Assembly (NCBI GenBank): GCA_030704615.1
Contig: CM060733.1
Location: forward strand, 52,142,001 to 52,206,000
Direction: 5' to 3'
DNA: 64,000 bases
From: Takakia lepidozioides
Taxonomy: Eukaryota; Plantae; Bryophyta
The notes below the pieces were generated by a model that saw only the letters and a program-made list of their open reading frames with translations, did not search any database and was not told where the DNA came from. Positions 60,341 through 64,000 of the stretch are shown here, piece by piece. How positions within the stretch are numbered: position 1 is the first letter of the stretch; every line of letters starts with the position of its first letter. A program made the translations under genes and the position numbers.

Positions 60341-62865
60341 AACTAGAAGCAGCAGTGGCACACTTGATAAAATCACGCACCTGGACCATGACCACAGCTT
60401 CTTTAAGAGGACCAAGAGCGGCAGTCCACAATGCCTCTTCTGGCACTCCTGGGCGTGTGAGGATGCTATGTGAGACAGGACGACTGAAAGAGGCTCTACA
60501 GACTTTAAAACAAGGAGGTATTTCAGCAGATTCAGACACTTATGTCTGTCTCTTGCATAAGTGCATCCAGATGAAAGGCCTGGACGCTGGAAAGCAGGTG
60601 CACGCTCACATTATCCAAAGTGGATTCAAGCCAAATGTTTATCTACACAACACCCTTGTCAACATGTATGTTAAGTGTGGGAGCATCGTGGATGCTCACC
60701 GAGTGTTCAACAGAATGCCTGAACGAGGTTTGATCACATGGAATATAATGATGGCAGGATTGACCAAGCATGGGTGTGGTAGGAATGCTTTGGAGACATA
60801 TGACCAAATGATGCGGGAAGGGGTAAAGCCCAACCAGGTCACATTCATTTGCGTTTGCAATGCATGTGCGAGCCTGGCAGCCCTGGAAAAGGGCAAAGAG
60901 GTCCATGGTGACATCATCAAAGCTGGAATTGTACCAAATGTTGTTCTCAACACCGCCCTGATGAAAATGTATGCCAAATGTGGGAGCATCGAGGACGCGA
61001 AGGGAGTGTTCGACAATATGGCTGAACGAGATGTGGTTTCATGGAATGCAATGATCGCAGGATATGCACAGCAGCGGTGCGGGATGGAGGCTTTGGAGAC
61101 CTATGAGCACATGATGCAGGAAAGGGTGAAGCCTGACCACTTCACATTTAACTGCGTTTGCAATGCATGTGCAAGTCTGGCAGACCTGGAAAAGGGCAAG
61201 GTGGTCCATGATCACATCGTTAAGGCTGGAATTATACCAGATGTCATTCTGAACAATACCCTTGTTGACATGTATGCGAAATGTGGGAGCATTGAGGATG
61301 CAAAGGGAGTGTTTGATCATATGGCCAAACGAGATGTGGTGTCCTGGAGTGCTATGATTGCAGGATATGCACAGCATGGGTGTGGGATGGAGGCTTTGGA
61401 GACCTATGAGCAAATGATGAGGGAAGGGGTGAAGCCTGACCAGGTCATGTTTGTTTGTGTTTGTAATGTGTGTGCAAGCCTGGCAGCCCTGGATAAGGGC
61501 AAAGAGGTCCATGGTGATGTTGTCAAAGCTGGAATTGTACCAGATGTCATTCTGAACAATACCCTCGTGGACATGTATGCCAAATGTGGGAGCATCAAGG
61601 ATGCAAAGGGAGTGTTCGACAATATGGCCGAACAAGATGTGGTGTCATGGAGTGCTATGATTGCAGGATATGCACAGCATGGGTGTGGGATGGAGGCTTT
61701 GGAGACCTATGAGCAAATGATATGGAAAGGGGTGAAGCCAGACCAGGTCACATTCGTTGCCATTTGCAATGCGTGTGCCAGCCTGGCAGCCCTGACAAAG
61801 GGCAAAGAGGTCCATGGTGACATCATCAAAGCTGGAATTGTACCAGATGTCATTCTGAACACTGCCCTGATGGACATGTATGCCAAGTGTGGGTGCATCA
61901 AGGATGCAAAGGGAGTGTTTGACAATATGGCTGAACGAGATGTGGTGTCGTGGAACACGATGATGGCAGGATATGCACAGCATGGATATGATATGGAGGC
62001 CCTGCAACTATTGGAAGAGATGCAAGTGGAAGGCTTGAAGCTAGATGGTATCACTTTTCTATGTGTTCTCTCTGCATGTAGCCATGCTGGCCTAGTGGAT
62101 GAGGGCAAACACTACTTTGACTCCCTAAGTCGAGATCATGGCATCACTCCAGCAGTGGAGCACTTTGGCTCCATGGTGGACCTTCTTGGCCGTGCAGGGC
62201 AATTGGATGAGGCAGAGGACTTCATCAACAAAATGCCAATGAAACCTAATCCTGTGGTTTGGAGGGCATTGCTTGGTGCCTGCAGAATCCATTGCAATGT
62301 GGAGATGGCTGAACGCGCAGCAACATCTATTCTCAAGTGGGATGAGCAGGACGCTGCAACTTATGTGTTGCTATCGAACATCTATGCTGCAGCTGACAGG
62401 TGGGATGATGGTGCAAAGGTGATAGAAATGATGAAGGTCAGAGGGGTTAGAAAGGAGCCAGGTTGCTGCCGCATTGAGGTTGGCAACAGGGTGCACAGCT
62501 TTGTTGTAGATGAGAAATTTCATCCAAAAATTGTGGAGATCCATGCTGAGCTAAGAAGATTGTCTGGGCGGATGAAGGAGGCAGGGTATGTTCCCGACAT
62601 GCGCTTTGTATTGCATGATGTGGGGGAGGAGCAGAAAGAATTTTCTCTTTGCCACCACAGTGAGAAGCTGGCCATTGGTTTTGGGCTGATCAGCACAGCC
62701 CCTAGGACGCCTCTCCGTCTCATCAAGAATCTTCGGGTGTGTGGTGACTGCCACACCTCCACCAAGTTCATCTCAAAGATTGTTGGCCGAACAATTGTTG
62801 TACGGGATGCTATCCGCTTTCACCACTTTGAAGATGGGGTTTGTTCTTGTGGGGACTACTGGTGA
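60238..62865 (+). CDS. PLS-class pentatricopeptide repeat protein with E1/E2 and DYW (PG-type) cytidine deaminase; organellar C-to-U RNA editing factor
   Basis: Near-identical P-L-S triplets at a 303-bp period, PG box (KEPGC), HSEKLA, KNLRVCGDCH and terminal CSCGDYW. The first ATG is at 60388. Confidence 0.96.
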   Translation: MWVQICPSGLDFKHKITYDSRSINSYKKPAWRDGQLEAAVAHLIKSRTWTMTTASLRGPRAAVHNASSGTPGRVRMLCETGRLKEALQTLKQGGISADSDTYVCLLHKCIQMKGLDAGKQVHAHIIQSGFKPNVYLHNTLVNMYVKCGSIVDAHRVFNRMPERGLITWNIMMAGLTKHGCGRNALETYDQMMREGVKPNQVTFICVCNACASLAALEKGKEVHGDIIKAGIVPNVVLNTALMKMYAKCGSIEDAKGVFDNMAERDVVSWNAMIAGYAQQRCGMEALETYEHMMQERVKPDHFTFNCVCNACASLADLEKGKVVHDHIVKAGIIPDVILNNTLVDMYAKCGSIEDAKGVFDHMAKRDVVSWSAMIAGYAQHGCGMEALETYEQMMREGVKPDQVMFVCVCNVCASLAALDKGKEVHGDVVKAGIVPDVILNNTLVDMYAKCGSIKDAKGVFDNMAEQDVVSWSAMIAGYAQHGCGMEALETYEQMIWKGVKPDQVTFVAICNACASLAALTKGKEVHGDIIKAGIVPDVILNTALMDMYAKCGCIKDAKGVFDNMAERDVVSWNTMMAGYAQHGYDMEALQLLEEMQVEGLKLDGITFLCVLSACSHAGLVDEGKHYFDSLSRDHGITPAVEHFGSMVDLLGRAGQLDEAEDFINKMPMKPNPVVWRALLGACRIHCNVEMAERAATSILKWDEQDAATYVLLSNIYAAADRWDDGAKVIEMMKVRGVRKEPGCCRIEVGNRVHSFVVDEKFHPKIVEIHAELRRLSGRMKEAGYVPDMRFVLHDVGEEQKEFSLCHHSEKLAIGFGLISTAPRTPLRLIKNLRVCGDCHTSTKFISKIVGRTIVVRDAIRFHHFEDGVCSCGDYW

Positions 62866-64000
62866 AACGATGTTTTTCTGGAAAGGTGCGACTGACTTGC
62901 TTCATTCATTGATTTGTGTAGCTACTTCATCCACCATTTCCTGAGATTTCTGACCATGATGTACTGCTGAGGGCATTTCCTGTGGCATATCCGCAGGAAA
63001 TGGTAGTGGGGTCTACCCAGCATAGGTGGGAATTCAGCCCATAATGCAAGTGACTGGAATAGGTCAAGAGTGAGGGGTCATTTTGACTGACTATGGTGAT
63101 AGGAAATCAAGAGTGCTGTCCTAATTCTGGGGTGGGGTGGTGACCTTCTCCAAAGCTAGAAGATGGAAGTGAATATGATTCGTAATGAGCTTGATTGGAG
63201 GGGCAGTCTTGTGCAGTAGTTTGTTCAGCATCTTAAATTTGGAGATGTTTGTATGTTTCTCGTGGTGCTGCTTCAGAGAGAGCCCTTGACTAACTTGTTG
63301 TCAATTGCTAGCCTTAACCCACCAAGATCTACTCCCATGGTGTCCACTTGAAAGTTCACATAGTGACTGTAATGGTATTTTGGTATGTGTTATTGATTGA
63401 TGCGGCATGAATTGGATGCGGCCTTTCACCCAAATCACTATTCCATTCCTGTCTCTCTACATAACAGAGCTCATACAACTCGTCCAACATACGACTTCAA
63501 TGCAGTACACTCAACACTTTGAGAATACCAGAAAAGGTACTCCTTTTCATCTCCTTGAGAGAGTTTTCAGTAAGTTAGACTGCAGCCATCAATCCATTCA
63601 GAGTTTTTGAGTCTGCAGGTGCTCTCACTGCTGACATTGCAGGTGGGGTGGACGAGTATATCACCTTCGACGCAACCGCATGCCCCCTAGGATATGCTCG
63701 TGTGGAATATCAATTTGTGCATCTATGTTGGTAGCGGATCCCTTGCTGTACTCTTTTTCTGTTTAACGTGTTTGTGTTTCCCTTCAGATGCAGGTGGATC
63801 TCTCACCAGTTGGAGTCAACTGAGTAGTATTTCGACCACGCTATTGTCTGACACTCATATTTCTGTCTTGGGACTATAGTTTGGGCTCTCAGCCATCCTC
63901 GACTAACATGCCAAGTACTTGTAATGGTGTTTCTACAGGCCTTGATCTAAGCACACCTCTAATTCTGTCTCTATCATCTATCTGCCTACCTTTGAACAGC

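Overview
This is eukaryotic nuclear DNA from a land plant, most likely a non-seed plant (inferred from GT-AG introns, a PLS-DYW PPR gene, a GNA lectin and algal-type LINE remnants). Bases 1-29 kb are a nested transposon graveyard. Bases 30-64 kb hold ordinary genes (GNA lectin, DUF3593, DUF4864-like, HESO1-like TUTase, EF-hand protein, PLS-DYW PPR) with MITEs between them. The stand-out is a 13.08-kb Mutator-like DNA transposon (1632-14711) with a perfect 9-bp TSD (GGAGGATGG) and short TIRs. It is inserted into an LTR-retrotransposon ORF whose frame is restored when the element is removed. It encodes a GCM-like/DDE/SWIM transposase on the minus strand. Divergently, it carries an intron-containing cargo gene with a ParB/Srx-like N-terminal domain and a beta-class amino (N4C/N6A) DNA-methyltransferase-like C-terminal domain. 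Three non-coding regions of the element (left subterminal, central divergent intergenic region, cargo intron) carry about 37 copies of one palindromic motif, AAATTCGGCGCCGAATTT, spaced at near-integer helical turns. This is a candidate transposon-encoded, sequence-targeted DNA-modification/anti-silencing system. Other notable items: a ~1.8-kb inversion that splits a dUTPase-bearing Gypsy RT, a scrambled Dualen/RandI-like LINE with a chromodomain, a Crypton/DUF3504-like recombinase fragment, and decaying OSB-type PDF ssDNA-binding exons directly upstream of the DYW deaminase PPR. All family assignments come from motif recognition by eye; no database searches were run.
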